Part shown: in pieces, positions 11,767-26,430 of the stretch
Layout of the letters: each line of letters opens with the position of its first letter
How positions within the stretch are numbered: position 1 is the first letter of the stretch
Source of the DNA: Octopus vulgaris
Taxonomy: Eukaryota
Reading direction: 5' to 3'
DNA: 64,000 nt
Assembly (NCBI GenBank): GCA_951406725.2
Contig: OX597820.1
Span: 45,012,001 to 45,076,000, forward strand
The notes under the pieces: model-generated
Databases searched by the model: none
What the model was told of the DNA's origin: nothing
What the model saw: the letters and a program-made list of their open reading frames with translations, nothing else
Translations under genes and position numbers: made by a program

Positions 11767-12889
11767 AAGGTTGTTATGATTTTTTGACAACATAATAAGC
11801 TAGATAGGATGATTACAATATTACAATAACCAATAATATGTTGTGCATGTATAGTAATATGATCGTGAAATTAGCATTAGCTTATCTCACTCTTTCTCGA
11901 GGAACCCGGTTGAGAAACACTGTGCTAAAGGGTTAAGACATCAACTGTTGCAAGTATTTGGGCCAGATTTCTACTTTACCCCACAAGTCATGGAAGCCCT
12001 GAAAAAATTCATAGCCTCTTCCTTTCTCTCTCTCTCTGAATAAACCATTATAACATAAAATAAATAAAAAATTCAAGAAAACTGGTCATGAAAACTATAT
12101 TAATAGCAAAATATAATGGAGAACTTTACGCAGAGATAGTATACCCTAGCAACAAACTAATGTCAGATAATACAACCTAACTGTTTCCTGATTGCTGAAA
12201 GAAGCCTATTGTTAATATGTCAAACATTTCGAATCAGAAAGATAATGAATCAGAAACAACAGACAGTAAATCACTCCCACAATTCCTGCCTACATTAAAA
12301 AACATCAATAACTAAGACAACTGATAACTACTTTATTCTGAAGATAAGACCAGGAATTGTATAAATGGTGCAAACCTTGGGAAAATTATTGTTCAAAACA
12401 AAATAAAAATAAAAGTATTTAGGAAAAAAAAAAGGAATATATGATATTATGAAAGATATCTTAAATAAGAGATTAAAACTAAAGCATCATCACTTTTATG
12501 TCCATTTTTCCATGCTTACATGTGTCAGATGCAATTTTTCTCTGACTGGAAGCTTTTTCTGTCACTAACCCTCACTTGTTTTCTAGCAAGGTAATATTTC
12601 TCTATGACCAGACATGTTTTTACAGATTAGAAACGAATGATATTTCTTATGTGATGGTAACATGATGTCAAGACAAAGAAGAACACACACACATACACAC
12701 ACATGCATACATTTGATGGGCTTGTTTCACTTACAAAGCTTGGGTCGGCGCAGGGTTAGAATAGAAGAGATTTGCCCAAGTTGCCATGCAAAAGGAGTGA
12801 ACCCAAAACTACATGATTAGAAAGCAAACTTGTTAACTACACAGCCAGGACTCAAAAATATAATTTGTTTCCTAAATATAATTATAAAA

Positions 12890-13105
12890 TTGGTTTCAAA
12901 TTTTGACACAAGGCCAGTAGGTTTGGGGGAGGGGCTAAGTTGATTAACTCAACCCTAGTGTTCAACTGGTACTTATTTTATTGACCTCAAAAGGATGAAG
13001 GGCAAAGTCGACCCTAGCAGAATTTGAACTCAGAATGTAAAGACAGATGAAATGACACTGAGCATTTTACCTGGTGTGCTAATGATACTGCCAGCTCACC
13101 ACCTT
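12890..13105 (-). mobile_element. SINE family B
   Basis: Reverse complement of the 4850/31573 family (..ctggtacttattt..aaggatgaagggcaaagtcgacc..ctgccagctcaccacc). Confidence 0.8.
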
Positions 13106-13654
13106 AATTATAATTATAATATTAATATATATACACATAGAGTGACCCTATTAGTATTTAAATAATAAATAATATATAAAACATTTATTTTTATATTTTG
13201 CGGCAATTTTGTTTTTATATATTTTTAATACTATCTTTGCTATTTGATTGTGACTGCCTTTTGATATACATGTTTTTTTTTTATTAGTAATTGGCAGAAA
13301 GTTACAGAATAACTAAAGGGCCAAGAGTTTTGTGTTGCTGGCTCTTTCTGCCAATTATTAATTAAAATATATACAAACTCATGTTTGGAGTTCTGTTTTT
13401 CCTGTACACCAACCTTATATATTCACATATAGATGTTAAATGATGATGATGGTCACACACACATACACTACACACACACATATATTTATATATATATTTG
13501 GGAAGCACTGGGTAGATATGGTGTTTTTGCACCTTGTACCATTAGAGAGAAATTTTCTTCCCATAATAACTGCAGTAAATTTACCTATAGAAGTTAAAAT
13601 ATGCCATAAACGTATTTTAACTAAAGTTTATATATATATTCTTTTATTCTTTTC

Positions 13655-14026
13655 TTTTTCTTACTCATTTCATTCATTCGACTGCAGCCATGCTGGGGCA
13701 CTGCCTTAAAGGGTCTGTTAGTCGAAGAAATTGATCCAGGATTTATTCTTTGTAAGTCTAGTACTTATTCTATCAGGCTCTTTTGCTGAACAACTAAGTT
13801 ACGAGGACAAACACAGAGACAAAGACACACTCACATAAATAGATACATATTTATCATACATACAATAAACTTCTTTCAGTTTCCATCTACCAAATCAACC
13901 CACAAGGCCCTGGTCAGCCCAAGGCTATAGTAGAAGACACTTGCCCAAAGTGTCATGCAGTGGGACTGAACACAGAAGCATGTGGTTAGGAAGCAAGCTT
14001 CTTATCACACAGCCATTCCTGTGCCT
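13655..14026 (-). mobile_element. SINE family A, diverged
   Basis: Reverse complement of family A head, body and tail. Confidence 0.8.
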
Positions 14027-14536
14027 ATATATAAAACAGCTAGTAGTGAGGGATTATCAATCCAGGACCTGACCTAAACACAATGCAAAAATGTTCATGT
14101 GGGTTGACCAGATTACAAACACTAATGGCCACTTCTCAAATTTCAGCCATCCTATCCTGCTTCTTCTATAGGGTGACCACTTCCTCTATTCTTTCTATAT
14201 CTTCCTCTCTTCACCTTAATCATAACTTGTCTTTCCATTTCCTCTTTATCTCTAATCCACTGGCCTCTTTCCTTCTCTTTTCTTCCCCATACCCCATCCA
14301 TGTACCATTCCCTCAGTGTTCTGCCTTGTTATAACCAGAAATGGCTCTGACAAAAGTAGGATTAATTGTTTAGGTCATTCAATTTTTCTAAACTAATCAA
14401 TAGACCAATTGAGTAAACCTATCAGTCATGTACCTATAATGACTACTGGGAACAGCTGTAAGCCTAATTTACTCTATTAAAAGGAAAATATGAAATGACC
14501 ATTATTTATACTTTGTCATATATATATATATATATA

Positions 14537-14848
14537 TCACTGTGATCACCGTGACTGACCAGGCTATCAGATGTTGCTACACATTGCTGGTCACAATGTG
14601 CTTTGCATTGTTTTAGCCTTCAAATGATGCCACCCTGCTGGCAAAGCGAGCAGGTCAACAGAAGAAAGTGTTAGAAAAAGTTGTGGTGAAAGAGTACAGC
14701 AGGGATCACCAGCACCCCCTGCCGGAGCCTCATGGAGCTTTAGGTGTTTTCACTCAATAAACACTCACAACGCCTGGTCTGGGGATCGAAACCGCGATCC
14801 TACAACCATGAGTCCACTGCCCTAACCACTGGGCCATTGCACCTCCAC
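14537..14848 (-). mobile_element. tRNA-derived SINE, family C
   Basis: Minus head gtggaggtgcaatggcccagtggttagggcagtggactcatggttgtaggatcgcggtttcgatcccc is tRNA-like with A and B boxes; flanked by (TA)n; partial copy near 7519-7585. Confidence 0.8.
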
Positions 14849-14852
14849 GTTT

Positions 14853-14883
<31 letters not shown>

Positions 14884-15019
14884 TATATTAGGAAAAATGT
14901 CATAATCATCATCAAAACATGAGAGAACATTGTGTCCGGAAAGATCCCACAACATAACAGAAACCTTGTTCAATTGTGTGTATAAGTTTAGTGTTGACTG
15001 TTGGAAAAAATAGTACTCA

Positions 15020-15523
15020 ATACTAATTGTAGAGGATACCTGTGGAAGGGAAAGACCCAAGAAGACATGGGACAAAGTGGTGAGAAAGAGTCTTTGGATG
15101 GTGGGCCTCACTGAGGAAATGACAAGGGACTGGGAGATGTGGCGATTTGCTATACTTGATGAGCCAAGCTAAGTAAAATCACCGTCTTCCACATGTACAG
15201 GCTTGTCCTTCCAGGTTGGTACTGCATAAATGCACTCATGTCAGTGCTGCATAAATGCACCACCCATGCTGGAGCTGTGTAAATGCACCATCCATGTCGG
15301 TGCTGCATAAATGTGCCATCCATGCTGGTGTTGTATAAATGCACCTGTGCTGGTGACACATAAAAAGCACTCAGCACACTGGTGTTAGGAAGGTCATCTA
15401 GCCATGGAAACCATGCCACAACAGTCAACTGGAATCTGAACAGCTCCCAGCTGGCCAGCTCCATGTCAAACTGTCTAACCCATGCCAGCATAGAAAGTGG
15501 ACATTAAATGATGATGATGATGA
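15020..15523 (+). mobile_element. RTE LINE 3' end, old
   Basis: Homologous to the end of the 57541 ORF (GTCGRERPKKTWDKVV), diverged ~30 bp tandem repeats, end ccatgccagcatagaaagtggacattaaatgatgatga. Confidence 0.75.
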
Positions 15524-15607
15524 CTATTGATTGCACTGGTCACTTGCTACTCTGTGCACCTACAAGCAAAACTCCAAGTAACAAGAGACTGACTTGACCT
15601 AAATAAC

Positions 15608-15831
15608 TATTTCTTTACTACCCACAAGGGGCTAAACACAGAGAGGACAAACAAGGACAGACAAACGGATTAAGTCGATTATATCGACCCCAGTGCGTAA
15701 CTGGTACTTATTTAATTGACCCCGAAAGGCAAAGTCGACCTCGGTGGAATTTGAACTCAGAGCATAGCGGCAGACAAAATACCACTAAGCATTTCGCCCG
15801 GCGTGCTAACGTTTCTGCCAGCTCACCGCCT
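15608..15831 (-). mobile_element. SINE family B, young
   Basis: Near-identical reverse complement of 31573-31794; TSD cctaaataac on both sides. Confidence 0.88.
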
Positions 15832-17198
15832 AAATAACACATACTCAAACACACAAACAAACAAACATATACATTTATACATTATATATAATTACATACA
15901 TATATATTGCATATATCCACACATGCATACACATTCACGCTTATAATTACACATAAATACAGCTATACAATGTCCCAATGTACTATAGCAAGAGGCAGAG
16001 TGGGAACTCTTGCTCCACATAACATCATACTATCAAACTTTATTCCATTATGGAACCATAAAGAATCAACCATTATTAATGATCTTTTTTTAGATGTTAT
16101 TTCTGAACTCTGGCCTCACACTGTGCGGGCAGCAGGGGGTAAAAAGGATGTGATGATGGGCAAGTAGAAGATGAAATATGTACGATGATGGATGCTGTGA
16201 GAGTTATGGGTAGAAAGAGGAGAGATACTTTCAAATGATTTTCATACATGTAAGTAACTTTTGAACTGAAATATATAAAAGCTATTTCATAACAGATGTG
16301 CTACATGTTGATATGTTAACACACATGCATAAAAATTTGCACAGTAGTGGATTACAAAACCGTGAGTGTGCGTGTGTGTGTGTGTGTATAAGCTTCTGTG
16401 ATGAATCTGGTTTATATACATATGTGTATGTATGTGCATATTCATGAGTGTGTGTGTATGTTTATTTGTTCATTAATTTTTACATCTGTTTTTCCATGCT
16501 GGCATGAGTTAGGTGATCATCATCATCACCATTTTTAACATTTACATTTCCATGCTTTCATGGGTCAGATAAAATTTGTTGAGGCAGGTTTTTTTTCTTT
16601 TTTTATGGCCAGATGTTCATCTTGTTGCCAACACCTCATCTATTTCCAATCAAGGTTATATTTTCCTTATCTGTTCAACAAAAACAGCTCTACAGCCAAA
16701 TTATATGCATACACAAGCAACAAGCACACATACAAATAACTTGTGTTTATGCGTAAATTTTTGTGTGTGTGTGTTTCTGTGTTTTTCAACATATAGATAA
16801 CCAAACACAGATTTTAAAGAAAGGCTTTCACTATAATGACAGGTTGTTGTTGTTGTTAAGAGAGAAATTCAGTGAGAGAGAGAAAGAGAGAGGGACAGAG
16901 AGAGAAAGCGTGTGTGTGTGTGAAAGATAGATAGTAGGATGTTGCAACCATAGCAACTAATATGTAACTTACTATATAACAGTCTACTATTAAAAGCAGG
17001 TATGTGCATGATTAACAAATATTGTTACTGGCAGCATAGCGATGGGTAAAGACCTAGTCAAGTAATAATAATTCTATCTACTCTAAGCAGAAGGCCTAAA
17101 ATTTGGGGGAAACAGGGTTAATCAATGACACTAACCTCAATGATCAAAAGATGCTTATTTCATTAACTTGGTACCAGTACAGATGTTATTCACAAAGC

Positions 17199-17238
<40 letters not shown>

Positions 17239-17254
17239 TAATAATAATATTAAT

Positions 17255-17500
17255 AATCCTTTCTACTAAAGGCGCAAGGCCTGAAATTTTGTGGGGAGGG
17301 GACTAGTCGATTAGACTGAAAGCCCCCACCACCACCACACCACCCCCTCCTCCGTGTTTCACTGAAACTTAATTTATCGACCCCGAAAGGATGAAAGGCA
17401 AAGTCAACCTTGGCAGAATTAGAACTCAGAACGTAAAGACAGATGAAATGTCACTAAGTATTTTGCTTGACGTGCTAATGATTCTGCCAGCTTACCACCT
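17255..17500 (-). mobile_element. SINE family B with (TAA)n tail at ~17199-17255
   Basis: Family B body on the minus strand between AAT microsatellites. Confidence 0.75.
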
Positions 17501-18738
17501 AAATAATAATAACAACAATAATAATAATAATAATAATAAATTCTTTCATTGCCTAATAAGGGTGTTGAATGAGAAGGCCATGACAAAGAAATATCATAGA
17601 AATTGGGAATTGATGTGATGGGTATACAAAATTAACAAAGAGCAAATACAAGTATGAAAGAATGTCTACAAGAAATATGAAACGAGACATCTAAATTAGT
17701 GGGAAGGGTAACAGGCAATGATTTGGGGCCAGTTAAGGAACTCTCCTAAATTTAGATTCACCCTGACTGCCAGGGGTTAGTGCTGTCTTTCAACTATGTT
17801 TTCTGGCCTAGAGGTGCATGCTGATGGTGATGGTGGTGAAGAGGAGAATATGAATAACAACAAGAGGAAAAAAAAAGACAAGAATATGAAAAATGAAGGG
17901 AAATGGAGAAGAAAAGAAGAGAAAAGGGCATTAGGAGTGAAAGGAGCAAAGAGGAATAATGAAAAAGACATACTGTAAGAGAAAGGAAGAATATGAAAGA
18001 AATGAGGAAAGAGGGAAAAAATAAGAGAATTAGATGTAGAGTGAAGAAGTAGAAGAAGTAAAGGAGGAGGGGAAGAAAGCCAGATCAATATGTTTGCTTG
18101 CTAGGCTGAGTATAATGAAAAAGGCAATTCTATTTAAAAGTCTTCACAGTGGTAGAATATAGTAAACACCATTAGCATGTCTTTATTTTCTTTCACAATG
18201 TACAGTAATGAATGCAACTATTGTTTACGCCTCATTTGACACAATGGCCCTAAAGTAGATATCGTGTATGTGCATGCATGTGTGTGTGTGCGTGAGTGCG
18301 CACACGCACGCGCATATCCTTAAACCACCAGAATGAGGCTAGCAAAATGGTAAGAAGCAGTAAGTTGTGAAAAAAGAGGAGACATGCAACTAGTTCAAGA
18401 GAACGAGAGAGAAAAGGCGAGATATATGTGTGTGCGTGCGTGCGTGCATGCGTGTGTGTTAAGTGTTTGCATGTACAAAGCAGAAAGATTGTAAGAGAGG
18501 AAGAGTGTATGTACATGTATGAGAGAAAGAAAGAGAGGAGGCAATCATGCTATTGATGGTGGCTGGTAATAAAGAAGAAAAGGAATTAGAACTTGAAACT
18601 AGTGATAGTCTGAGAGCAACGAGGAAGCCTCTGTGCAGTCATTTGCTCACCTAGAAATGGTAGTCAAATCTCTCTTAATCACATTCTACTCTGTTAAAAA
18701 AAACGCTAGGATATATCAGATAATGTAGTTCTAGATAT

Positions 18739-19127
18739 AGGTGTGGCATGGCTGGGTGGTAAGAAGCTTACTTCCCAACCGCGTGGTTTCAGGTTCAGTC
18801 CCACTGTGTAGAACCTTGGACCAGTGTCTTCTACTCTAGCCCAAAGCTGGAGGAGGAGACACTTGTGTGTGGATTTGGTAGATGGAAACTAAAAGCAGCC
18901 TGTCACATGTGTTTGTATGTTTGTGTCTGTGTTTGTTCCCCACCACTGTTTGACAACCAGATTTAGTGTGTTTATGCCCCCCCCATAACTTAGCAGTTTG
19001 GCAAAAGGGAGTGATAGAAAAGTACAATGCTTTAAAAAAAAAAAGGACTAGGTCAAATTCATTTGATTCAAAATTCTTCAAGGTGGCACCACAGGATGGC
19101 TGTAGTCTAATGACTGGAACAAATAAG
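18739..19127 (+). mobile_element. SINE family A, diverged
   Basis: Head ggctgggtggtaagaagc..ggttcagtccc, body and tail recognisable. Confidence 0.75.
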
Positions 19128-21559
19128 AAAAAAAAAATACACTGTGTCTGAATGATAAAAAGGATAATCACATACATGAACAACTTTGAACATAGGTCTC
19201 TAAACAACAACAAACTAATATCATCATCATCATTTAACATCTGTTTTCCATGCTAGCATGGGTTGGACGGTTTGACAGTAGCTGGTAAAGGCCAGGGTCT
19301 TCACCAAGTTCTGTTGTCTGTTTATAAAAAATGATATGTTATTTTGCTCTGAAGAGTATCATCAATATCAAACATCAGGCAGACTTTGATCACCAAGTTT
19401 TTGCTACTGCTTTTAAGTACCCATGTAGTTGTAAGCAGGCACAGAAAACCATGACCCAATGGAACATCTAAGACAGACAGAGGGAGAGATGGAGGCTGCA
19501 CCAGCTCTGGGCTAATACTTCATTGATCCTGGGAAGATGAAAAGCAAAGCTGACCTCAATGAGACTTGAACTCAGAACACAGGGAACCAGAATGAATACT
19601 GCAATACATTCCATCAATCTTTTAAATGACTCTGCCAATGGACTAGTTTTTCATACAAACACACAAACATGCATGCACACACACACATGTATGTGTGCAA
19701 TGATGGTGAAAGGCCACAACAAATGGTGAGAGGCTATAAGAACCATCCAACCCAAGCCATAATGGTAAAGTGGACATATGATGATGATAATAGCGATGGT
19801 GCATCTTATCTCTCTCCTGAGTTCAAATCCTGCTATAATCAATTTTGCCTTTAATTTCTCTGGAGTTTATAAAAAAAAAAGATCTACCATCCTACCCTCA
19901 AAACAATTGGCCAAGTGCCTAGTGAAAAGAAATCAATTTTGTTATATTTAGGTCATTGCAGTTTCTCCCATTTTCCATTTCTATGAAAATCCTACATTTC
20001 ACATCATGTCTATTTAGAAAAAAAAAAACCCTCTGCAATTACTAGGATATCAAAAAAAAAACAACAAAACCACTCCAACCTATGAATTCAGCACAACCCA
20101 TGTCATTAAGCTATGTCCAGACAGAGATATACATCTATCCTTGTTCATCATAAGAGTTTATGTAAAAACAAACAGCGATAAATAAATCAGTGATATATGA
20201 ATCATCTCCATTCACTTTGTGAATAGAACAAATGTTAGATTTATTGATCCCTGAGTAGCAAAGCTTCCGTCATGTATTTTCTTGATAATCTCTAACTTTT
20301 CCTGTAGAGAGAGAGAGAGTATATTCATCTGCATCCTTTGTTAGGATCAGGCACCTTCATATTTTTTTCTGTTCGTTGGCCTCATGTTTAGGGGTATGAG
20401 TACATAAATCTGTGCAAAAAATATGCAGCCTTGCAACACTCATGTAAATACAAGTGATAATCAGTGCATTCTAGGTAGCTGAGCATTGTAAGTGGTCACA
20501 AGCATGTTTTTGTAGTACAAGCAGTATCTCTGAATGATCAACCTATGTTATCACAAATCAATCCATGAGAAGTGTAATATAGTTCATAAATGAGCAATAG
20601 TGCATTATCTCAGAGCAGTGATAAATGGATCAGTAATAAATGAGACTACACATAATGCGTATCTTAAAATAATGAAAGAGATGTAAGGTGTCATATTGCA
20701 TATATAAGAATACTGTATACTGCTGAACTATTGTATACTTAACTCATTGTTAACAAATTTAACATAGGGAGTATTAAAAGGCTAACAAGAAATAGATGTA
20801 TAGGAATATTAAAATGATATTAATAAATGATTAATATTATTTCAGTTTCCTAGCAAGAATGAGGAACAACTTCAGATGACATGTTTTGGTATTATTCTGA
20901 CTCATTAGTTAAAACAAAGCTTTCACTGAACTTGCTGAAACAGTGATGAATAAATCATGAAGTAAATATAGAAATGTGTATAGAAATGTTCATTGGTGGA
21001 GGAAAATAGAATTCTTCAGGAATTCAATAATTCAGAGATGTTAACTTCTGATAGAAAATAAAATAAATATTAAAAAAAAGTACAGTCTGTATTATGTCCA
21101 AAACGAATCACATTGTTGGATTGCATACAAACTAATGAAGCTAAGTAGTGTGTTTGTTTAGCCCAAGGTCTGCCCTGACCAGGCAGATAAATGAGCAAGA
21201 GCATTTCAGCTGTGACCGTTTCATTATTTTGTTTTTTTAGACATTATTTAGTGTATCCACCCTTTCTGAAAGACAGTAGAATGTGGATCGAAAAAATTTG
21301 GCTGCTCTTTCAAGCAAGTCAAGCATCTGCTAAACAGCATGAATGGATAATGTGTAATGCATAAAATTCACTGAACCAAAAAGAGGTAAACAATGGATGT
21401 TTTGTCAAGTGTCAGAACCCGGCCAGAAGATTGCTTCACTCCTAACTGTAACCATAAAATTAGTAACAATAATTATGGTTATTATTATGACACTAATTAA
21501 CCCTTTTGGTTGCCATATTTCTGTTGAAATACACTGCCTTATTACCATTTTTTTTTTAC

Positions 21560-21910
21560 CTGTTTCAGTCATTAGGTCACTATCTTGAAGAATTTTAGTC
21601 GAACAAATCAATACCAGTTCTTAATTTTTTAAAGCCTGCTATGTATTCTGTCAGGTTCTTTTGCTGAACAGCTAAGTTAAGGAGATGTAAACACACCAAC
21701 ACCAGTTGTTGAACAGTGGTGGAGGACAAACATGGATACAAAAACACACACACATATACAACAGGCTTCTTTCAGTTTCCGTCTACTAAATCCACTTACA
21801 AGGCATTGATCAACCCGAGGTTATTGTAGAAGACACTTTCTCAAGGTGCCACAGAGTGGGACCAAACCCAGAACCATATTGTCGGGAAGCAACTTCTTAC
21901 TACGTAACCA
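21560..21910 (-). mobile_element. SINE family A, diverged
   Basis: Reverse complement of the family A body. Confidence 0.7.
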
Positions 21911-24540
21911 GAGAATTGATTAAAATAACTTTGTAATTATTAAGCAGGTATTTGGAACATAAATTAAAATGAACTTTTTAAAAAAAATTTTTTAAGTTTT
22001 ACCCCTTTTACAACAAAAAGCAGATATGATATATCCATTCAAAATTTCATTACTCTTAACTGCAAAAAGCAGTTTTAAATACCAGGCTATCTTTTGTTGA
22101 GGAATGTCATGTTTGAAGTTATTTTCCATTGATACAAATCAAGTTTATTGAAGCAATATGACTTACAGAAAAAAATCAATTTTATTTTTTTTTGGTAGAT
22201 ATTTAATATCATTACTGAAATAACTACAAAATTTAATTTCACAGTTAAAGGGCCAGCCATCCCTGGAGGAATGGTATCAAAAGAGTAAGAGCAAACAAAT
22301 TTCTAAGAGGTAAACTCAACTCTTGAAAGAATATTCTTTAGTTGAAGGATTAGACTAACAACAATGCAACAAAAAACTAATTCAGAAGTATAAAGGTAGA
22401 AACTAATAATGCAATGCAAAGAATACAAGCTGGAATCATATGATGCTCTGTACTAACCATGCATTCAAAACACTAAGTTAAATCAGTTAAGTTATCCCAA
22501 TAGTTTAACCAATAAGCATCTAAATATTCTACCTGTTTTATGTTCAAACCAACCAGATCTGGTCTCTCGCACCTACCCTACAATGTCATTCTACAAAATA
22601 AGCAATCATGTCATCGAAATCTTGAAGCTATGAGATAATGCATGATTAATTCAAAACAGTGTGAATAAACAAATATTAGATTTGAGAGAGTAATCTGATT
22701 GCTAAAGAGTTAAAGCAACAGTGAAACAATGTTCCGACTACCATAGTCACTGGATTTATTAAACATAATACTAAATCTTCATCAACAAAAATTCTTACTG
22801 TTTTTTTGTTTTGCTTTTTATCTGGGAACCGTGTTTTAACTCCTAAATCTTACAACACTATGCTTCACAATGGCTGACTTAATCCCTTGCTTTGGTTTTA
22901 ACATCACCACCAAACCTTTCGATGACCTTAGTGGAGTTTACTCAGTTACAAGCATTCTACACAAGGTCTCCAGTTTCTTCCATCAAGGCCTGTGAAGGTC
23001 TTGCAAAAAAAAAAAAAATTATGTGTACTACCCTCCTTTCTTTAACTCATCCATAAAACTCTAGTTAAACATGAGCTAACAAAAGAACTTTTGTATGGTT
23101 ACTTGATCTGTTAGAAATATTAACCAAATTCTCAATAACACCCTGCCGTCTTAAAAAAATGAGTCATTAGATAATGAGATCCTAGACACCTTGTGTCTGG
23201 AAAAAAAAAGTAGGGATTGGATTGTCTTTTGATCACAAGGTCTTACTTGAGCAGAAGTGACCTGGAATTAAACAACAACAATAGTTCTAGTCAAACACAA
23301 ACCCATATACTGAACATCTGGGATGCTGGTTGTATAATTTGGTCATATCTAAACATTTTATTAGTCCTACATTTTGTAGGTTTGTTCAGGTAGGATTGGC
23401 TGAAAATACTCAATAACTCCAACAAAACTAATTATGACAATGAAAGATCATTTTGATGCTCATATAGACTAGCTATATGAATGGCATAATTACTTGAAGT
23501 GTACCAGGACATACAATATTTTTTTGCTTAATATCAACTAGAACAAGATTGAAAGAATTTAATATTTATATCCACACTATGTTTTAACTGATGTAATCGT
23601 TGACTGTCATTAGGTATCCTGTTCCTAGAATATGACACATAATGATGGTCAGATGTAGTCTGAAAATTTATAACTTAGATGTTATTAGAACAGAGTAATA
23701 TTAAATTAATCTAATGAGAATATGTTTACCCTAAAGTCACCAAAACAGAAATAGTATTGGTCAAGCATAAGTGGTTTTAGTTTCAGAAGTACATCTTTAA
23801 CTCAGGCCAAGGACTTGAACTCAACAGCTCAAGTCACCAGCTTGCTGGATGAAAAGTTTGTAACCTCTAAATGGTCTTGCACTGTGTCCATGACCAAAAT
23901 CCTTAACCCTTACAAACACAGGCCACCTTGCAGCAAAAAAGGACACCATAAAGGTGTAGCTCATTGCTGGAAGCAGAAGATGAATTTATAATTAATAAAT
24001 GTGTGATTAAATTTAAGTACTGAGTTCAAACCCTGGTATAGTTATTATGACTTTAACTAAAGTATGTTGGATTGGAACATACAAATGAGATGAGGACTCA
24101 CAGATTATTCATCTATGAGAGCAGTTACACCAAATAACAACTAGAGGATGACCATTTAGTCCTCTTTGTTACAGAAGGACAACCTTTCCATTGCCAGTGG
24201 TATGTTAAAATGCACTCAGATGACTCTGTAAAGTGGCTGGTGATAGGAAGGATATCCAACTAAAGAAAACATGCCAAATATGGAATGTATGCGCAAGACA
24301 TTGGATTCGGTAAGACACATCACATACTACTTATCTAGGAGGACAGAAACAGTGAATAAAAACTGGTAGGGGGTAGAGAAAAGGCTTTAGTCCTCACTAG
24401 TGAGGCTATTCCTCCAGTGAAGACAGCTTTTCTAGAGCTGGTGGAATGACAAAATGTAACAAGTCCACAATTTGTGGAATGACAAATTGCATCCAACGCA
24501 CACCAAAGACAGCCAGTTTTCTGTTTGTATGCAAAATAGT

Positions 24541-24790
24541 GTGGAGGTGCGTGGCTTAGTGGTTAGGGTGTCAGCATCATGATCGTAAGATTGTGGTTTC
24601 GGTTCCTGGACTGGTCGACGCTTTGTGTTCTTGAGCAAAACACTTCATTTCACGTTGCTCCAGTCCACTCAGCTGGCAAAAATCAGTAACACTGTGATGG
24701 ACTGGCGTCCCATCCAGCTGGGGAACACATACACCACTGAAACCAGGAAACCGGGCCAATGAGCCTGGCTAGGCTTTAAAAGGGCACATT
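24541..24790 (+). mobile_element. tRNA-derived SINE, family D
   Basis: gtggaggtgcgtggcttagtggttagggtg..ggtttcggttcc head; core ttgctccagtccactcagctgg; related copy at ~30637-30860. Confidence 0.8.
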
Positions 24791-26104
24791 TATTTTTTAT
24801 TTATGCAAAATAATGCAAACTGTAAAGATTTGTTCAACTCTTGCCAGCATAAAAAACACACATGAAATGATGATAGTGGTGGTGATGGTGGCAATGATGA
24901 TGATGATGGTTGATTTATCTGATTAGGAAAGGTCAGCTAATTGATTCTATTTATTATATTTTCATTAAAAAAAAATAATGATTACTGATAACTCTATTGA
25001 CACACATTTTGATGCTCGGTGTAAACTCTTGATTTATACTATTCCCACACATAAAAAAAGTCATTACAATGAAAACACTAGGTATATTCAAAGTGTGTGA
25101 CACAATAGACACGCAAACATAAACACACTTGAACAAATAAACCAAATACACAGACAGACACACATTACAAACTACACTCCAGGAAGGAAGTCATATACAA
25201 TGATACATCTAAATGATGTCAAGTGATATCTGGGATTCACCAATGAGGTATCCACTCTTCTCTCATGTCTTTCTTATATCTAAACAACCTTCCTCACACA
25301 TAAACATACTAAAGAGAAGCCGCTATGCTAGCAATTACAGCTAAATCCATCCAAATCATACCCTACTATCTTAAGGAAATTATGTTTTTTTTCATTTTAA
25401 ATAAAAAAAGATGGCAGTTCCCATGACCCTTTATAGCTGAGGTCCCCAGCATTTTTTTTTTTTTTTTGCACAACAGACTCATTTCATACCAGACAATCTT
25501 TCCATAAACCAAGGAATCACATGCATAACAAAACAAATAAAGTGCATATATAATGTAATTATTACATATATAATACATGTATATTACACATATAACACAT
25601 ATAATGCTAGAACACCCTGCAGACTAGAATTATAGTGAACAGAATAGAAATAAAATTTCAATGATTCATGGTCAGGTCCTGGCCCTTAACCTCTCATTAC
25701 AGGACCTTTAATACTGATAGAAGGGAAGATGGAAGCATCCCAAAGCTGGAGACCTGGCCCAAGTACTCACAACACAGTGGCAGCAAATAAAGGGACCAAA
25801 GATTCCAGATGATGGTGTTAAATTGGGCAACAGATTAATTCTACAACCTTGACAGGATCTGAACACAGAATACAAAGAGCCAGAACAAATACTACCAAAC
25901 ATCTGGTCTGACAGTTCTTATAGTTCCACCAACCCACCACACTGGATTGATACTTTTTTATCAACCCTAAAAGTACAAAAGCCAAAGCTGACTCCAGTGG
26001 GATTTGAACTCGGAGCATAGAGATTCGAAACAAATACCACCTCGAGACATTTTATCTGACACTCTAATGATTCTGCCAATTTGCTGCCTGATAATGTAGT
26101 TATG

Positions 26105-26430
26105 AGAAGGAACATGGCTCAGTGATTAGAGCATTGGGCTCACAATCATGAGGTAGTGAGTTCAACTCCAAGACCAGGCTGTGTGTTGTGTTCATGAGCA
26201 AGACACTTTATTTCATGCTGCTCCAGTTCACTCAGCTGTAGAAATGAGTTGCAATGTCACTGGTGCCAAGCTGTATTGGCCTTAGATAACATCAGTGGTA
26301 TGGAGAAGGGGGACTGGTATGCATGGGTGACTGTTGGTCTTCCATAAACAACCTTGCCCGGACTTGTGCCTCGGAGGGTTAACTTTCTAGGTGCAATCCC
26401 CTGGTCATTCATGACTGAAGGGGGTCCCTC
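26105..26430 (+). mobile_element. SINE family D variant
   Basis: tRNA-like head and core gctccagttcactcagctgtagaaatgagt; inverted relatives at 27050-27383 and 32812-33145. Confidence 0.8.

Larger units (their letters stand above)
10901..11922. mobile_element. hAT (Charlie-like) MITE with nested insertions
   Basis: Perfect 15 bp TIRs cagtgtttctcaacc / ggttgagaaacactg; 8 bp TSD tgctaagg / tgctaaag. Confidence 0.85.
10683..11932. mobile_element. piggyBac-like MITE (outer), interrupted in its right TIR by the hAT MITE
   Basis: 10683-10900 is homologous to the intact copy 10940-11159; its terminus aatgctaaagggttaa is split by the insertion at 10901-11922. Confidence 0.7.

Noticed and set aside
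14775-14848. Genuine tRNA genes at SINE heads
   Set aside because: Each tRNA-like head continues into a shared SINE body with no acceptor stem or terminator.
17777-18088. Lys/Glu-rich and Phe/Leu-rich ORFs
   Set aside because: Purine-rich low-complexity tract without splice or homology support.
19345-19381. tgct-CTGAAGA-gtat..atat-caaac-atc-aggca, hammerhead-like
   Set aside because: GAAA and stem III are missing; too degenerate to distinguish from chance.
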